Sequence record: NC_054934.1
Reading direction: 5' to 3' (one strand)
Length of the DNA stretch: 64,000 nt
From: Escherichia phage teqskov
Positions within the stretch are counted from its first letter, which is position 1. Each line of letters begins with the position of its first letter. Positions 1 through 10,252 of the stretch are shown here, one piece after another. The position numbers and the translations under genes are program-made. The notes beneath the pieces were generated by a model. It was not told where the DNA came from and made no database searches. It worked only from the letters and a program-made list of their open reading frames with translations.

Positions 1-421
1 ATACATCAAATCTCGACAATATAGAGTCAGATGGAAAAGCAGACGTTCCTGCTGTTCTTAACCAAGATACTACTTCAGGAGGAAAATTAACCTTTCCGTT
101 AGTTAATATAGCAACAAGTCTATTGCTTGAAAAAGAATTCATGAAACTAACAAAAGCAGCAGATGTAGTATCATTTGAAGTAGAAAAAGCATATGACTTA
201 CTATCAACTAATGCTCCTGTAGAAGGGTCAAAAACTCTTAAATGAAGACCTGCGCTAAATGTTTGACTTCCTGCAGGATTATCCTGAAATTTAACATATG
301 GTCCTGCGGTAGAAAGCGGGCAAGAACCCGCTATGCTTATTTTGTATCTTACTGAATTGCTTTCCGATAAAAATGGCGTTTGAACATATCCTTGTCCAAA
401 CTCTGCCATAAATTTTTCCAT
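1..421 (-). CDS. 35: Long tail fiber hinge connector gp35, partial (gene runs off the window start)
   Basis: Minus-strand ATG at about 419-421 with a GAGG Shine-Dalgarno upstream, directly after the gene 34 stop; translation MEKFMAEFGQGYVQTPFLSESNSVRYK... stays open to position 1 and matches the T4 gp35 N-terminus from memory. Not in the ORF track because no stop lies in the window. Confidence 0.8.
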   Translation of the reverse strand, partial: MEKFMAEFGQGYVQTPFLSESNSVRYKISIAGSCPLSTAGPYVKFQDNPAGSQTFSAGLHLRVFDPSTGALVDSKSYAFSTSNDTTSAAFVSFMNSFSSNRLVAILTNGKVNFPPEVVSWLRTAGTSAFPSDSILSRFDV

Positions 422-429
422 AATACCTC

Positions 430-3400
430 TTATTCAACCCATTCAAATTTAACAGTTTTATTCACTGGGTCAGGAACAATGCGAACATTACCAATTCGCA
501 AGAAATCACGAATAGTAAGATTCCCCATTGTAGCATTATCAGATGGTAAAGCACCGATATCAGATGGTTGAGGAGGGTTACCTCCGTCAAATACCTGAAC
601 AAAACTTGACCAAGAGTTTTTGGTTTTCTGCCATGTACGTGTCCAACGAGTGGTACGCGCTTCTGGTGTCGTTGGATAAGTAATCCAATCTTGGTAAAGC
701 GAATCAAGTGTGTTACCAAACTGAGTCAGTGTACCAGGAGATTTAACTTCTTCGCCACGTTCTAAGTATGGAAGCCCAGTCACTTCATTAGTTTTTTCAA
801 CCATTTTAAAATAACCCGGGAACTGGTTATAAGTAGCTGAATCGTTAATATCAATTGACCAGAATCCTACCGTATCAGATGTTGGCGCACGGGTATATAA
901 ATCAGATGTTTTAGTACCCTGAGAACGAATTCTCGAGTTAACAGTCAAACCACCTGAATTTATAGTAGCACCTTTAGCAATGATTAAGCTTTCACCGATC
1001 GTTACTTGACCAGATGCATTGTTAATAGCTAAAGGACGTAATCCATTAAATCCGCCAGTCTGATCACCCGATGCAGTAAGCATAAAATAGGTGTTAGCAG
1101 CATCATTGCGAATAAAGAACCCATAATCACCGTTTATTGCTCTAAAAGCATTTGCAGACTTGCTGATGAATTCACCATTGGCTGTAACTGAACTACCAAA
1201 TGTTGCAACGCCATTCGCATTTAAAGAACCCGAAGCATTAATGTTTATTGGCATTACAGTACCATTGATACTAAACGTTATATTCCCAGCTTTATTACGT
1301 TGAGAATAAAAGTGATTAGACGTTTCATCACCAACTTCAAATACAGTAGAACGTGTTGTATCTGAACCGCCGCCAAACTGATTTCCCCAAACTCTGATAG
1401 TCATCGTCTGTGCTGGGTTAGTTCCAGTTTGAGGTCCTTTCTCAAAAATCAGACGAGTTGCTGTTCCAGTATTAGAAATAGTTAATGTACTATTTGCCGA
1501 AACTGAACCACCAAACGTAGCAGTACTAGATGATACAAGAGGGGCACTCAGATTCGTTTGTTGGGTTAAGGTTAGTGAACCATTAACCGTCTGTGCAATA
1601 TCCCTACGAATGAACTGAGATGAATCTAGACCATCCAATAAATTACTATCTGCAGCTTTTGCTTTTAACGGTAAATAATTTGCTAATACACGGTTTAATT
1701 CATATGGTGATATTGCATAGCTATTTTTCTCATACAGTTCTAAATCTTGGGTAGAACCGACTGTATCATTACCAACGAACGTAATTGAACCAGATGAAGT
1801 TTTAACAAAACCTCTTACCGCAGTAGTAGCTGCCCAGGTAGGTTCACTCTGCACAATCCATTTTAAATTTTTTGGAGATACAGCAGTATTTGCTGATGCT
1901 CCAGTCACAGTTTCAGACTGAGTTGCAACTTTAATAACACCTTCCTGTGATTCGGTAGATTTAGTACCTAAAAGCTTTTTAGGAGTTATTAAAACATTAT
2001 CTAATGTTCCTGCAGCAGCTTCAACTTGTGTAGCTACACGAAGTGTACCACGTTGTGTCTCATTTGCTTCAAGAATATTAAGGGTATAATGGTCCCAGAG
2101 AGTTCCTGATTCAACTAATCCAGATAGAGCAACAACAGAAGTACGATCAGTACTATTAAATCTGGTTTTAATTTTTAATGGTGTAGAGATACGAGTATCG
2201 TCGACGCCTGCGTCGAATTCAACTTGTGTGGCAATTTCAGCTATACCACTTAAACTTTCAGTTGCTCTACGGTCATTTAAAGTTTTAGGAGTGACTGCAC
2301 GAGTATAATCAGTTCCTGTATTAACTTCACTTTGCGTAGCAATTTCAATTAAACCAATTCTTCCATCAGTTGATGTCTTTTTATGTAACGTTTCTGGAGT
2401 TACAACTGCATTTGCCCATCCTTCTTGACTCTGTCCAGCAATTACTTCACTTTCAACTGCTAAAATTACTGCACCTTGCTGTGTTGGAGTAGCTTTATAC
2501 TGATCCAAGGCTTTAGGTGAAACAACTAAGTTATTAGTGTTTTTATTATAAACATTTGTACCATTTAATTCACGGCTAGAAGCTGGAGTAGCACCTGCAG
2601 TAGATACAAAAGTTACAATACCAGATAATGACTCAGAACCCTGGCGGGCTTGAAGCTTTTTAGGAGTAATGATGGTTGTATCATCTGTTCCTGTGTTTGT
2701 TTCTTGCTGCGTAGCAATTTCAGCGACACCCCTACGAGTTTCTGTAGCAGTTCTTTCATTCAACTTTTTAGGAGTGATGATAAGGTCATCTGCAAAAGAG
2801 AATGTGGTATCCTGGTTTACTTGCGCAGTTGTTGCTATTCTTGCAATACCTCTACGAGTTTCTGTAGCAGTACGATTAGCTAACGTTTCTGGAGTAATTG
2901 CCAATTCTTTTTGTGGAGAATTTTCTAGATCAGCATTAGCTTGAGCCTGTGTAGCTAAAGCAATTACGCCTAATCTTGCTCTAGTAGAATTATTTAAAGA
3001 GTCTACTCTTTCTACAGTTGGAACGTTTTGCTGTACAACCCAATATTTTCCATCGGAATCTTCGATATAAGCAAGCTGTAAAACTGGAACATAATTGGTT
3101 TCGCCATTAAAAACTAATTCTTGAACAGTCACCCATTTAGTTTCAGGTGGGTATTCTGAACGTTTTGGAAATTGCAGCAATTGAACTGAAGAAGCAATTT
3201 TATCTTCACCGGCAGCTTTGATTTTAACTGTTTGTCCTTTTCTCATATAATTCATGGAAATCTTAACAGTATCACCGATAGAAATATCAGTTGGAAGCTG
3301 AAGCTCAATTGTTTGAGTTGTTCCGTTATTCGCACCAAATACCATGACTTCTTCATTTGGACGAATATTAGAATTAGTTGTTATAATACGTAAACGTGCT

Positions 3401-4299
3401 TTACTATCCCCGTCAAACAATCTCCACAATTTCTCATTATCATCAAACATCAAGAAACCGTCAATCGATGTACGGCCTTCAATGGAATGAGTTCCAACTT
3501 CTTGTACTGAAGTCGTTTCATCGTATGTAGTAACAATTGTATGATAAAGTGGATTCAGTTTATCTAAATCGACAAAATTAATAATATCGCCATGATTAGC
3601 AAATCTTGGAAGTTTAACATTAATTGGTGCAGCAGAAGTAAATCTACGTACGATAAAATCATTAGATTGCGCCTGATAGAGACTTGCTGGTGTTACAATT
3701 ACCGCTTCTCTACTATAATCAGCTACATACATTTGCCACAGACGATTACTAAAAATTAAAACTAGCTGTGACTTTGGATGAGTCATTAGTACTGAACGTA
3801 CTTGTTCACCTCTAAAGTTTACAATACTTTGCACTGGAGCTACAATTAAAACTTGGTTAACTCCGGGTTTTCCTCCAATATCTTGGAGAACGATAGTATC
3901 ACCATCAATTGGAGTAGATGGTAAAGTAAATGTGATGTCATTTCCAGCTGCAGTATTAACCGAAATTGCTTCGCCAGATTTTAATTGATATGAACCAGAT
4001 GAAACCGTAATCCAGTTAGCATCTGTACGTAATGCTCTCCAGCGTCCGCTATTAAAAGCTCCTGCCGGTTTTGGAATATCATTTATAGCAGCCCAAAAGC
4101 GGTTATCATAAATGATTACAAAATCTTTTAAATATCCACGAGTTGGGTCATATTGCTGAACTGTGTTTTCTTGAATTAAGTAATCAACGTTAACACCGTC
4201 AGTTCCTACGGTACGATCAGCTAAAGCTACGTTGATTATTTTATCGCCACCTGCGTCCAGACCATCTTCTGCTCTGAACTTTCTTTTAATCTCGGCCAT
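430..4299 (-). CDS. 34: Long tail fiber proximal subunit gp34
   Basis: 1289-aa ORF, same length as T4 gp34; fibrous protein with repeated ITPKKL / TATETRRG-like motifs; sits between rnh and gene 35 as in T4. Confidence 0.95.
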   Translation of the reverse strand: MAEIKRKFRAEDGLDAGGDKIINVALADRTVGTDGVNVDYLIQENTVQQYDPTRGYLKDFVIIYDNRFWAAINDIPKPAGAFNSGRWRALRTDANWITVSSGSYQLKSGEAISVNTAAGNDITFTLPSTPIDGDTIVLQDIGGKPGVNQVLIVAPVQSIVNFRGEQVRSVLMTHPKSQLVLIFSNRLWQMYVADYSREAVIVTPASLYQAQSNDFIVRRFTSAAPINVKLPRFANHGDIINFVDLDKLNPLYHTIVTTYDETTSVQEVGTHSIEGRTSIDGFLMFDDNEKLWRLFDGDSKARLRIITTNSNIRPNEEVMVFGANNGTTQTIELQLPTDISIGDTVKISMNYMRKGQTVKIKAAGEDKIASSVQLLQFPKRSEYPPETKWVTVQELVFNGETNYVPVLQLAYIEDSDGKYWVVQQNVPTVERVDSLNNSTRARLGVIALATQAQANADLENSPQKELAITPETLANRTATETRRGIARIATTAQVNQDTTFSFADDLIITPKKLNERTATETRRGVAEIATQQETNTGTDDTTIITPKKLQARQGSESLSGIVTFVSTAGATPASSRELNGTNVYNKNTNNLVVSPKALDQYKATPTQQGAVILAVESEVIAGQSQEGWANAVVTPETLHKKTSTDGRIGLIEIATQSEVNTGTDYTRAVTPKTLNDRRATESLSGIAEIATQVEFDAGVDDTRISTPLKIKTRFNSTDRTSVVALSGLVESGTLWDHYTLNILEANETQRGTLRVATQVEAAAGTLDNVLITPKKLLGTKSTESQEGVIKVATQSETVTGASANTAVSPKNLKWIVQSEPTWAATTAVRGFVKTSSGSITFVGNDTVGSTQDLELYEKNSYAISPYELNRVLANYLPLKAKAADSNLLDGLDSSQFIRRDIAQTVNGSLTLTQQTNLSAPLVSSSTATFGGSVSANSTLTISNTGTATRLIFEKGPQTGTNPAQTMTIRVWGNQFGGGSDTTRSTVFEVGDETSNHFYSQRNKAGNITFSINGTVMPININASGSLNANGVATFGSSVTANGEFISKSANAFRAINGDYGFFIRNDAANTYFMLTASGDQTGGFNGLRPLAINNASGQVTIGESLIIAKGATINSGGLTVNSRIRSQGTKTSDLYTRAPTSDTVGFWSIDINDSATYNQFPGYFKMVEKTNEVTGLPYLERGEEVKSPGTLTQFGNTLDSLYQDWITYPTTPEARTTRWTRTWQKTKNSWSSFVQVFDGGNPPQPSDIGALPSDNATMGNLTIRDFLRIGNVRIVPDPVNKTVKFEWVE

Positions 4300-4333
4300 T
4301 CTCCCGGGCTCCTATTGTGTTTTCAATAATAAG

Positions 4334-4341
4334 TATTTATA
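4334..4341 (-). promoter_or_regulatory. Late promoter (TATAAATA) for gene 34
   Basis: Plus-strand TATTTATA = minus-strand TATAAATA, about 35 nt upstream of the gene 34 ATG; T4 late promoter consensus. Confidence 0.5.
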
Positions 4342-4344
4342 CTT

Positions 4345-4374
4345 GTTTACTTTAAGATTTGGATGGTATATAAT
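4345..4374 (+). promoter_or_regulatory. T4-type early promoter upstream of rnh
   Basis: GTTTAC, 18-nt spacer, TGGTATATAAT extended -10; about 30 nt upstream of the rnh start. Confidence 0.5.
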
Positions 4375-4403
4375 AGAAATCTCACTAATTGAACGAGGTT
4401 CAT

Positions 4404-5321
4404 ATGGATTTAGAAATGATGCTGGATGAAGATTACAAAGAAGGAATTTGCTTTATTGACTTTAGTCAAATTGCGCTTTCAACTGCTTTGGTAAACTTCC
4501 CAGATAAAGAAAAAATTAATTTATCAATGGTTCGTCATTTGATATTGAACTCAATTAAGTTTAATGTCAAAAAAGCAAAAGCTCTTGGATACACTAAAAT
4601 TGTATTGTGTATTGATAACGCGAAATCTGGATACTGGCGTCGTGATTTCGCTTATTATTATAAGAAAAACCGTGGAAAAGCACGAGAAGAATCTACTTGG
4701 GACTGGGAAGGTTATTTTGAATCCAGCCATAAAGTTATAGATGAATTGAAAGCTTATATGCCATACATTGTTATGGATATTGATAAGTATGAAGCGGATG
4801 ACCACATTGCTGTTCTTGTTAAAAAGTTCTCTTTAGAAGGACATAAGATTTTAATCATTTCGTCGGATGGTGACTTTACTCAACTTCACAAATATCCAAA
4901 TGTTAAGCAATGGTCACCGATGCATAAGAAATGGGTTAAAATTAAAAGCGGTTCTGCTGAAATTGACTGTATGACTAAAATCCTTAAAGGCGATAAAAAG
5001 GATAACGTTGCTTCAGTTAAAGTACGATCTGACTTTTGGTTTACCAAAGTTGAAGGTGAACGAACTCCTTCAATGAAAACTTCAATCGTTGAAGCTATTG
5101 CTAATGACCGTGAGCAAGCTAAGGTGCTTCTCACAGAATCTGAATATAATCGTTATAAAGAAAATCTAGTTCTAATTGATTTTGATTATATTCCTGATAA
5201 TATTGCTTCAAACATTGTGAATTACTATAATTCATATAAATTACCACCGCGTGGCAAAATTTATTCATATTTTGTAAAAGCGGGTCTTTCTAAATTAACT
5301 AATAGCATTAATGAATTTTGA
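4404..5321 (+). CDS. rnh: RNase H (5-prime to 3-prime exonuclease / flap endonuclease)
   Basis: Translation MDLEMMLDEDYKEGICFIDFSQIALSTALVNFPDKEK... matches T4 RNase H; ATG at 4404 with GAGG SD preferred over the track TTG start at 4389. Confidence 0.95.
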   Translation: MDLEMMLDEDYKEGICFIDFSQIALSTALVNFPDKEKINLSMVRHLILNSIKFNVKKAKALGYTKIVLCIDNAKSGYWRRDFAYYYKKNRGKAREESTWDWEGYFESSHKVIDELKAYMPYIVMDIDKYEADDHIAVLVKKFSLEGHKILIISSDGDFTQLHKYPNVKQWSPMHKKWVKIKSGSAEIDCMTKILKGDKKDNVASVKVRSDFWFTKVEGERTPSMKTSIVEAIANDREQAKVLLTESEYNRYKENLVLIDFDYIPDNIASNIVNYYNSYKLPPRGKIYSYFVKAGLSKLTNSINEF

Positions 5322-5329
5322 GGTGAATA

Positions 5330-5599
5330 ATGGCTAAAAAAGAAATGGTTGAATTTGATGAAGCTATCCACGGCGAAGACTTGGCTAAATTTATTAAAGA
5401 AGCATCTGATCATAAACTGAAAATTTCCGGTTATAATGAACTGATTAAAGATATTCGAATTCGTGCTAAAGATGAACTTGGCGTTGATGGTAAGATGTTT
5501 AATCGTCTATTAGCTTTGTATCATAAAGATAACCGTGATGTGTTTGAAGCTGAAACTGAAGAGGTAGTTGAACTTTATGACACAGTTTTCTCTAAATGA
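5330..5599 (+). CDS. dsbA: Double-stranded DNA binding protein DsbA
   Basis: 89-aa ORF MAKKEMVEFDEAIHGEDLAKFIKEASDHK...; size and position (between rnh and 33) as in T4. Confidence 0.85.
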   Translation: MAKKEMVEFDEAIHGEDLAKFIKEASDHKLKISGYNELIKDIRIRAKDELGVDGKMFNRLLALYHKDNRDVFEAETEEVVELYDTVFSK

Positions 5600-5915
5600 T
5601 ATTCGTCCGGTCGATGAGACCGGTCTTTCAGAAAAAGAACTTTCAATCAAGAAAGAAAAGGATGAAATAGCAAAGCTTCTTGATCGTCAAGAAAATGGAT
5701 TTATTATTGAAAAAATGGTAGAAGAGTTTGGAATGAGTTATCTTGAAGCTACGACAGCATTCTTGGAAGAAAACTCTATTCCTGAAACTCAATTTGCTAA
5801 ATTTATTCCTTCGGGTATAATTGAAAAAATTCAGTCAGAAGCTATTGACGAAAATCTTTTACGTCCTTCTGTTGTTCGTTGTGAAAAAACTAATACATTA
5901 GATTTTCTACTATGA
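5577..5915 (+). CDS. 33: Late transcription co-activator gp33
   Basis: MTQFSLNDIRPVDETGLSEKELSIKKEKDEIAKLLDRQENGFIIEKMVEEF... matches T4 gp33; ATG at 5577 with GAGG SD (track start at 5568 is a TTG); overlaps dsbA end. Confidence 0.9.
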   Translation: MTQFSLNDIRPVDETGLSEKELSIKKEKDEIAKLLDRQENGFIIEKMVEEFGMSYLEATTAFLEENSIPETQFAKFIPSGIIEKIQSEAIDENLLRPSVVRCEKTNTLDFLL

Positions 5916-6565
5916 TTAAACTCCGCATGCCTGCTGGTGGTGAAAGATACATTGATGGTAAATCAGTTTATAAATTATACTTAATGATAAAACAACATAT
6001 GAATGGAAAGTATGATGTTATTAAGTATAATTGGTGCATGCGGGTGTCTGATGCCGCTTATCAAAAGCGAAGGGATAAGTATTTTTTCCAGAAGTTATCA
6101 GAAAAATATAAATTAAAGGAACTTGCTTTAATCTTTATAAGCAATCTGGTTGCTAACCAAGATGCTTGGATTGGTGACATCTCTGACGCTGATGCACTTG
6201 TGTTTTATCGTGAATATATCGGACGCTTAAAGCAAATTAAATTTAAGTTTGAAGAAGATATTCGCAACATTTATTATTTTAGTAAAAAAGTTGAAGTTTC
6301 TGCTTTTAAAGAAATCTTTGAGTATAATCCAAAAGTTCAATCAAGTTATATTTTTAAACTACTTCAATCGAATATAATTTCGTTTGAGACGTTTATCTTG
6401 CTTGATTCGTTTTTAAATATAATTAATAAACATGATGAACAGACTGATAATTTAGTCTGGAATAATTATTCTATAAAGTTAAAGGCTTATAGAAAAATTT
6501 TAAATATTGATTCACAGAAAGCTAAAAGTGTTTTCATTGAAACTGTGAAATCTTGTAAGTATTAA
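5912..6565 (+). CDS. 59: Helicase loader gp59
   Basis: 217-aa ORF matching T4 gp59 in length and sequence (MIKLRMPAGGERYIDGKSVYKLYLMIKQHMNGKYD...); start overlaps gene 33 stop. Confidence 0.95.
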   Translation: MIKLRMPAGGERYIDGKSVYKLYLMIKQHMNGKYDVIKYNWCMRVSDAAYQKRRDKYFFQKLSEKYKLKELALIFISNLVANQDAWIGDISDADALVFYREYIGRLKQIKFKFEEDIRNIYYFSKKVEVSAFKEIFEYNPKVQSSYIFKLLQSNIISFETFILLDSFLNIINKHDEQTDNLVWNNYSIKLKAYRKILNIDSQKAKSVFIETVKSCKY

Positions 6566-6590
6566 TTGCTTATTATAAATAGATTATAAT
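6566..6590 (+). promoter_or_regulatory. Gene 32 promoter cluster (MotA-box middle promoter plus TATAAATA late promoter)
   Basis: TTGCTTA MotA-like box at about 6566-6572, TATAAATA at about 6574-6581 and TATAAT at about 6585-6590, all in the 100-nt gap before gene 32. Confidence 0.45.
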
Positions 6591-6598
6591 TATCTCAC

Positions 6599-6664
6599 TG
6601 ACCAGCTATGAGGTCATACATCGTCATAGCACCAACTGTTAATTAAATTAAAAAGGAAATAAAA
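6599..6664 (+). promoter_or_regulatory. Gene 32 translational operator: H-type pseudoknot plus A/U-rich unstructured leader
   Basis: TGACC(6599-6603)...GGTCA(6612-6616) interleaved with GCTATGA(6605-6611)...TCATAGC(6624-6630) gives a pseudoknot topology, followed by an AU-rich run up to the ATG at 6665; matches the known gp32 autoregulatory operator. Confidence 0.55.
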
Positions 6665-7573
6665 ATGTTTAAACGTAAATCTACTGCTGAACTCGCTGCA
6701 CAAATGGCTAAACTGGCTGGAAATAAAGGTGGTTTTTCTTCTGAAGATAAAGGCGAGTGGAAACTGAAACTCGACAATGCGGGTAACGGTCAAGCAGTAA
6801 TTCGTTTTCTTCCGTCTAAAAATGATGAACAAGCACCGTTCGCAATTCTTGTAAATCACGGTTTCAAGAAAAATGGTAAATGGTATATTGAAAACTGTTC
6901 ATCTACCCACGGTGATTACGATTCTTGTCCAGTATGTCAGTACATCAATAAAAATGATTTGTACAACACTGACAATAAAGAATACGGTCTTGTTAAACGT
7001 AAAACTTCTTACTGGGCTAACATTCTTGTTGTAAAAGACCCAGCTGCTCCAGAAAATGAAGGTAAAGTATTTAAATACCGTTTCGGTAAGAAAATCTGGG
7101 ATAAAATCAATGCAATGATTGCAGTTGATGTTGAAATGGGTGAAACTCCGGTTGATGTAACTTGTCCGTGGGAAGGTGCTAACTTTGTACTGAAAGTTAA
7201 ACAAGTTTCTGGTTTTAGTAACTACGACGAATCTAAATTCCTGAATCAATCTGCGATTCCAAACATTGATGATGAATCTTTCCAGAAAGAACTGTTCGAA
7301 CAAATGGTTGACCTTTCTGAAATGACTTCTAAAGATAAATTCAAATCGTTTGAAGAACTGAGCACTAAGTTCAGTCAAGTTATGGGAACTGCTGCTATGG
7401 GTGGTGCCGCAGCAACTGCTGCTAAGAAAGCCGATAAAGTTGCTGATGATTTGGATGCATTCAATGTTGATGACTTCAAAACAAAAACTGAAGATGATTT
7501 TATGAGCTCAAGCTCTGGCAGTTCATCTAGTGCTGATGACACGGACCTGGATGACCTTTTGAATGACCTTTAA
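6665..7573 (+). CDS. 32: Single-stranded DNA binding protein gp32
   Basis: 302-aa [55 protein letters not shown]... with acidic C-terminal tail; matches T4 gp32. Confidence 0.95.
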   Translation: MFKRKSTAELAAQMAKLAGNKGGFSSEDKGEWKLKLDNAGNGQAVIRFLPSKNDEQAPFAILVNHGFKKNGKWYIENCSSTHGDYDSCPVCQYINKNDLYNTDNKEYGLVKRKTSYWANILVVKDPAAPENEGKVFKYRFGKKIWDKINAMIAVDVEMGETPVDVTCPWEGANFVLKVKQVSGFSNYDESKFLNQSAIPNIDDESFQKELFEQMVDLSEMTSKDKFKSFEELSTKFSQVMGTAAMGGAAATAAKKADKVADDLDAFNVDDFKTKTEDDFMSSSSGSSSSADDTDLDDLLNDL

Positions 7574-7595
7574 TAGATTATATTACTAATTAATT

Positions 7596-7624
7596 GGGGA
7601 CCCTAGAGGTCCCCTTTTTTTTTT
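7596..7624 (+). terminator. Rho-independent terminator after gene 32
   Basis: GGGGACC-CTAGA-GGTCCCC hairpin followed by a run of about 10 T. Confidence 0.7.
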
Positions 7625-7648
7625 ATTTCAAAAATTTTTCACAGAACG

Positions 7649-7678
7649 GTTTACAACCAAAGCATACTGTGGTACTAT
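7649..7678 (+). promoter_or_regulatory. T4-type early promoter
   Basis: GTTTAC, 18-nt spacer, TGGTACTAT; directly after the gene 32 terminator. Confidence 0.5.
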
Positions 7679-7721
7679 ACAACTATCGGCAATACTGCTG
7701 ATGATTAAAGAGGAAAACAAT

Positions 7722-7952
7722 ATGGCTAAAGTTGATATTGACATCGTTGATTTTGAATATATTGAAGAAATTATTCGTAATCGTTATCCTGAACTTAGTA
7801 TCACAAGTATTCATGATGATCCCAATTATTGCAATTTTTCTATTGTTATTGAAGGTCCTTTAGAAGTTCTTGAACGATTTATGGCTAATGAATACTGTGA
7901 TGGTATGGATGCTGAAGATGCAGAATTTTACATGGGATTGATTGAACAGTAA
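7722..7952 (+). CDS. Hypothetical small early protein (32-frd interval)
   Basis: ATG at 7722 preceded by AAGAGGA; 76 aa acidic protein; track ORF begins at 7701. Confidence 0.55.
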   Translation: MAKVDIDIVDFEYIEEIIRNRYPELSITSIHDDPNYCNFSIVIEGPLEVLERFMANEYCDGMDAEDAEFYMGLIEQ

Positions 7953-7996
7953 TTATCGAGGGGCTATCAAGCCCCTATTAAAATGAGGAAAACACA

Positions 7997-8359
7997 ATGT
8001 ATATTGATAAAAAGTACGAACTTGTTCCAAGACTTATTGATACATTTATTAATTATCGCCCGCGTTCTAATTCATTAATAGTTAAAGCTATTCAAGAAAA
8101 TGGCGGATGGTTTGAAGTTAAAGAAGTTTTCTTTGCTGATGGATTTAAAGTAGTAAAACACGTAGAATGCGCCAATGGAAAGCATTTTTACTTCAACGTC
8201 TGCGAAGATGAATTTCATTGTTTTCGTGAGTATAAAGAACCGACTTCTGAAGATGAAGTCGAAGACAAGGTTTCTGGCGTAACAAAAATTCACTGCATTG
8301 TTGACGAAAACAATGTAGATGAAATCATTGAACTTTTGCGAAAAACTTTCAAAAAGTAG
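7997..8359 (+). CDS. Hypothetical early protein, 120 aa
   Basis: Intact ORF with SD GAGGAAA upstream; fits the tight + strand gene packing. Confidence 0.6.
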   Translation: MYIDKKYELVPRLIDTFINYRPRSNSLIVKAIQENGGWFEVKEVFFADGFKVVKHVECANGKHFYFNVCEDEFHCFREYKEPTSEDEVEDKVSGVTKIHCIVDENNVDEIIELLRKTFKK

Positions 8360-8388
8360 TTTACAGAAGGGTAGTAGTGTGATACTAT
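8359..8388 (+). promoter_or_regulatory. T4-type early promoter embedded in an 11-bp dyad
   Basis: GTTTAC (overlapping the upstream stop codon), 18-nt spacer, TACTAT; AGGGTAGTAGT / ACTATTACCCT inverted repeat surrounds the -10. Confidence 0.5.
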
Positions 8389-8413
8389 TACCCTATCAAC
8401 TAAGGAGAATAAA

Positions 8414-8656
8414 ATGAGATTACAACGCCAGAGCATCAAAGATTCAGAAGTTAGAGGTAAATGGTATTTTAATATCATCGGTAAAGATTCTGAACTCGTT
8501 GAAAAAGCTGAACGTCTTTTGCGTGATATGGGATGGGAAGATGAATGCGATGGATGCCCTCTTTATGAGGATGGAGAAAGCGCAGGATTCTGGATTTACC
8601 ATTCTGATGTTGATCAGTTTAAAGCTGATTGGAAAACTGTGAAAAAGTCTGTTTGA
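8414..8656 (+). CDS. Hypothetical early protein, 80 aa
   Basis: ORF with AAGGAGA SD; acidic, Cys-containing (CDGC). Confidence 0.6.
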   Translation: MRLQRQSIKDSEVRGKWYFNIIGKDSELVEKAERLLRDMGWEDECDGCPLYEDGESAGFWIYHSDVDQFKADWKTVKKSV

Positions 8657-8666
8657 GGAAAATATT

Positions 8667-8999
8667 ATGTCTGACATTCATGTAACTGGAATTTCTCAAG
8701 TAAACATTCGCTGTCAATTTAAAACTGTACCTGGGGTGACTCATATTACTTTATCACATGACCCATATTCTCGTGGAAGACAGTTAACTGGGGTAATTAA
8801 GTTTTTCGGTGGAATTGGCGGTAATGAATTTACTATAGGCGATGACGAAATTGTTGGCTGTAAATTAAAAGTTCAGAAGGGTGTGCTAGAACTTTTTAAT
8901 GATGAAGTTTTTGATGAAATCTCACAAGCAGTTAACAAAGGAATGGTAACATTAGTTAAAATGATTAAAGCTAGTGGATATGTTCCTGATCCTTTTTAA
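8667..8999 (+). CDS. Hypothetical early protein, 110 aa
   Basis: ORF with GAGGAAA SD 8 nt upstream. Confidence 0.6.
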   Translation: MSDIHVTGISQVNIRCQFKTVPGVTHITLSHDPYSRGRQLTGVIKFFGGIGGNEFTIGDDEIVGCKLKVQKGVLELFNDEVFDEISQAVNKGMVTLVKMIKASGYVPDPF

Positions 9000-9010
9000 T
9001 AGGAGATAAT

Positions 9011-9840
<830 letters not shown>

Positions 9841-9860
9841 AATAACACGTGGCGGAAAAT

Positions 9861-10208
9861 ATGAATTTTAATTATTACCCTATTCTATTAGAAAAAGACG
9901 CGAAACAACCAAAATGGCAGGGTCCTCAGTTTATTAAAGGCGTCTATCAATTAGTAGTTCCTAAAGACAAGATTTATAGCAGTTGTTTCACTGAATCCGC
10001 TTGTAGTATTTTCGGTAATAGTTCTCCGTATTGGAATTTTGATATAAAGCTTGACAGAAATATCGATATTTGGTTGAAAGCTATGGATATCGGCAATATC
10101 ACGTTTGATGAGAATAATTATCATATTATTGGTCGCTTTTCCAAGCGTGGTAAAGAATTGTATTTTACGCCTGAAATTGAAAGAAAATTTGATGCTAAAC
10201 CGTATTGA
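9861..10208 (+). CDS. Hypothetical protein inserted between frd and td (no recognisable motif)
   Basis: 115-aa ORF from ATG 9861 (track GTG start at 9849); occupies a roughly 410-bp spacer where T4 frd and td overlap directly. Confidence 0.5.
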   Translation: MNFNYYPILLEKDAKQPKWQGPQFIKGVYQLVVPKDKIYSSCFTESACSIFGNSSPYWNFDIKLDRNIDIWLKAMDIGNITFDENNYHIIGRFSKRGKELYFTPEIERKFDAKPY

Positions 10209-10252
10209 TTATTAGCTTCATAAAATGTATTATAATTTATATAAGGTACTAA

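Noticed and set aside
2650-2944. Two + strand ORFs (77 and 91 aa) inside gene 34; similar antisense ORFs inside other large genes (462-719, 13274-13642, 62012-62503, 49104-49502 and others).
   Set aside because: They lie fully within, and antisense or out of frame to, long well-supported genes, have no SD or promoter context, and give low-complexity products; treated as chance ORFs.
4389-4403. Track start codons upstream of the ATG for rnh (also gene 33 at 5568, frd at 9229, denA at 15160, rnlA at 15611, gene 20 at 53435, uvsW.1 at 41458, NADAR-like ORF at 25145).
   Set aside because: These starts are TTG/GTG or upstream in-frame ATGs without an SD; downstream ATGs have proper SD spacing and reproduce the known T4 N-termini, so the shorter ORFs are reported.
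9861-10208. The frd-td insert as a freestanding homing endonuclease.
   Set aside because: No GIY-YIG, HNH, LAGLIDADG or His-Cys box motifs are visible in the 115-aa product and it is much shorter than seg / mob proteins; left as a hypothetical protein.
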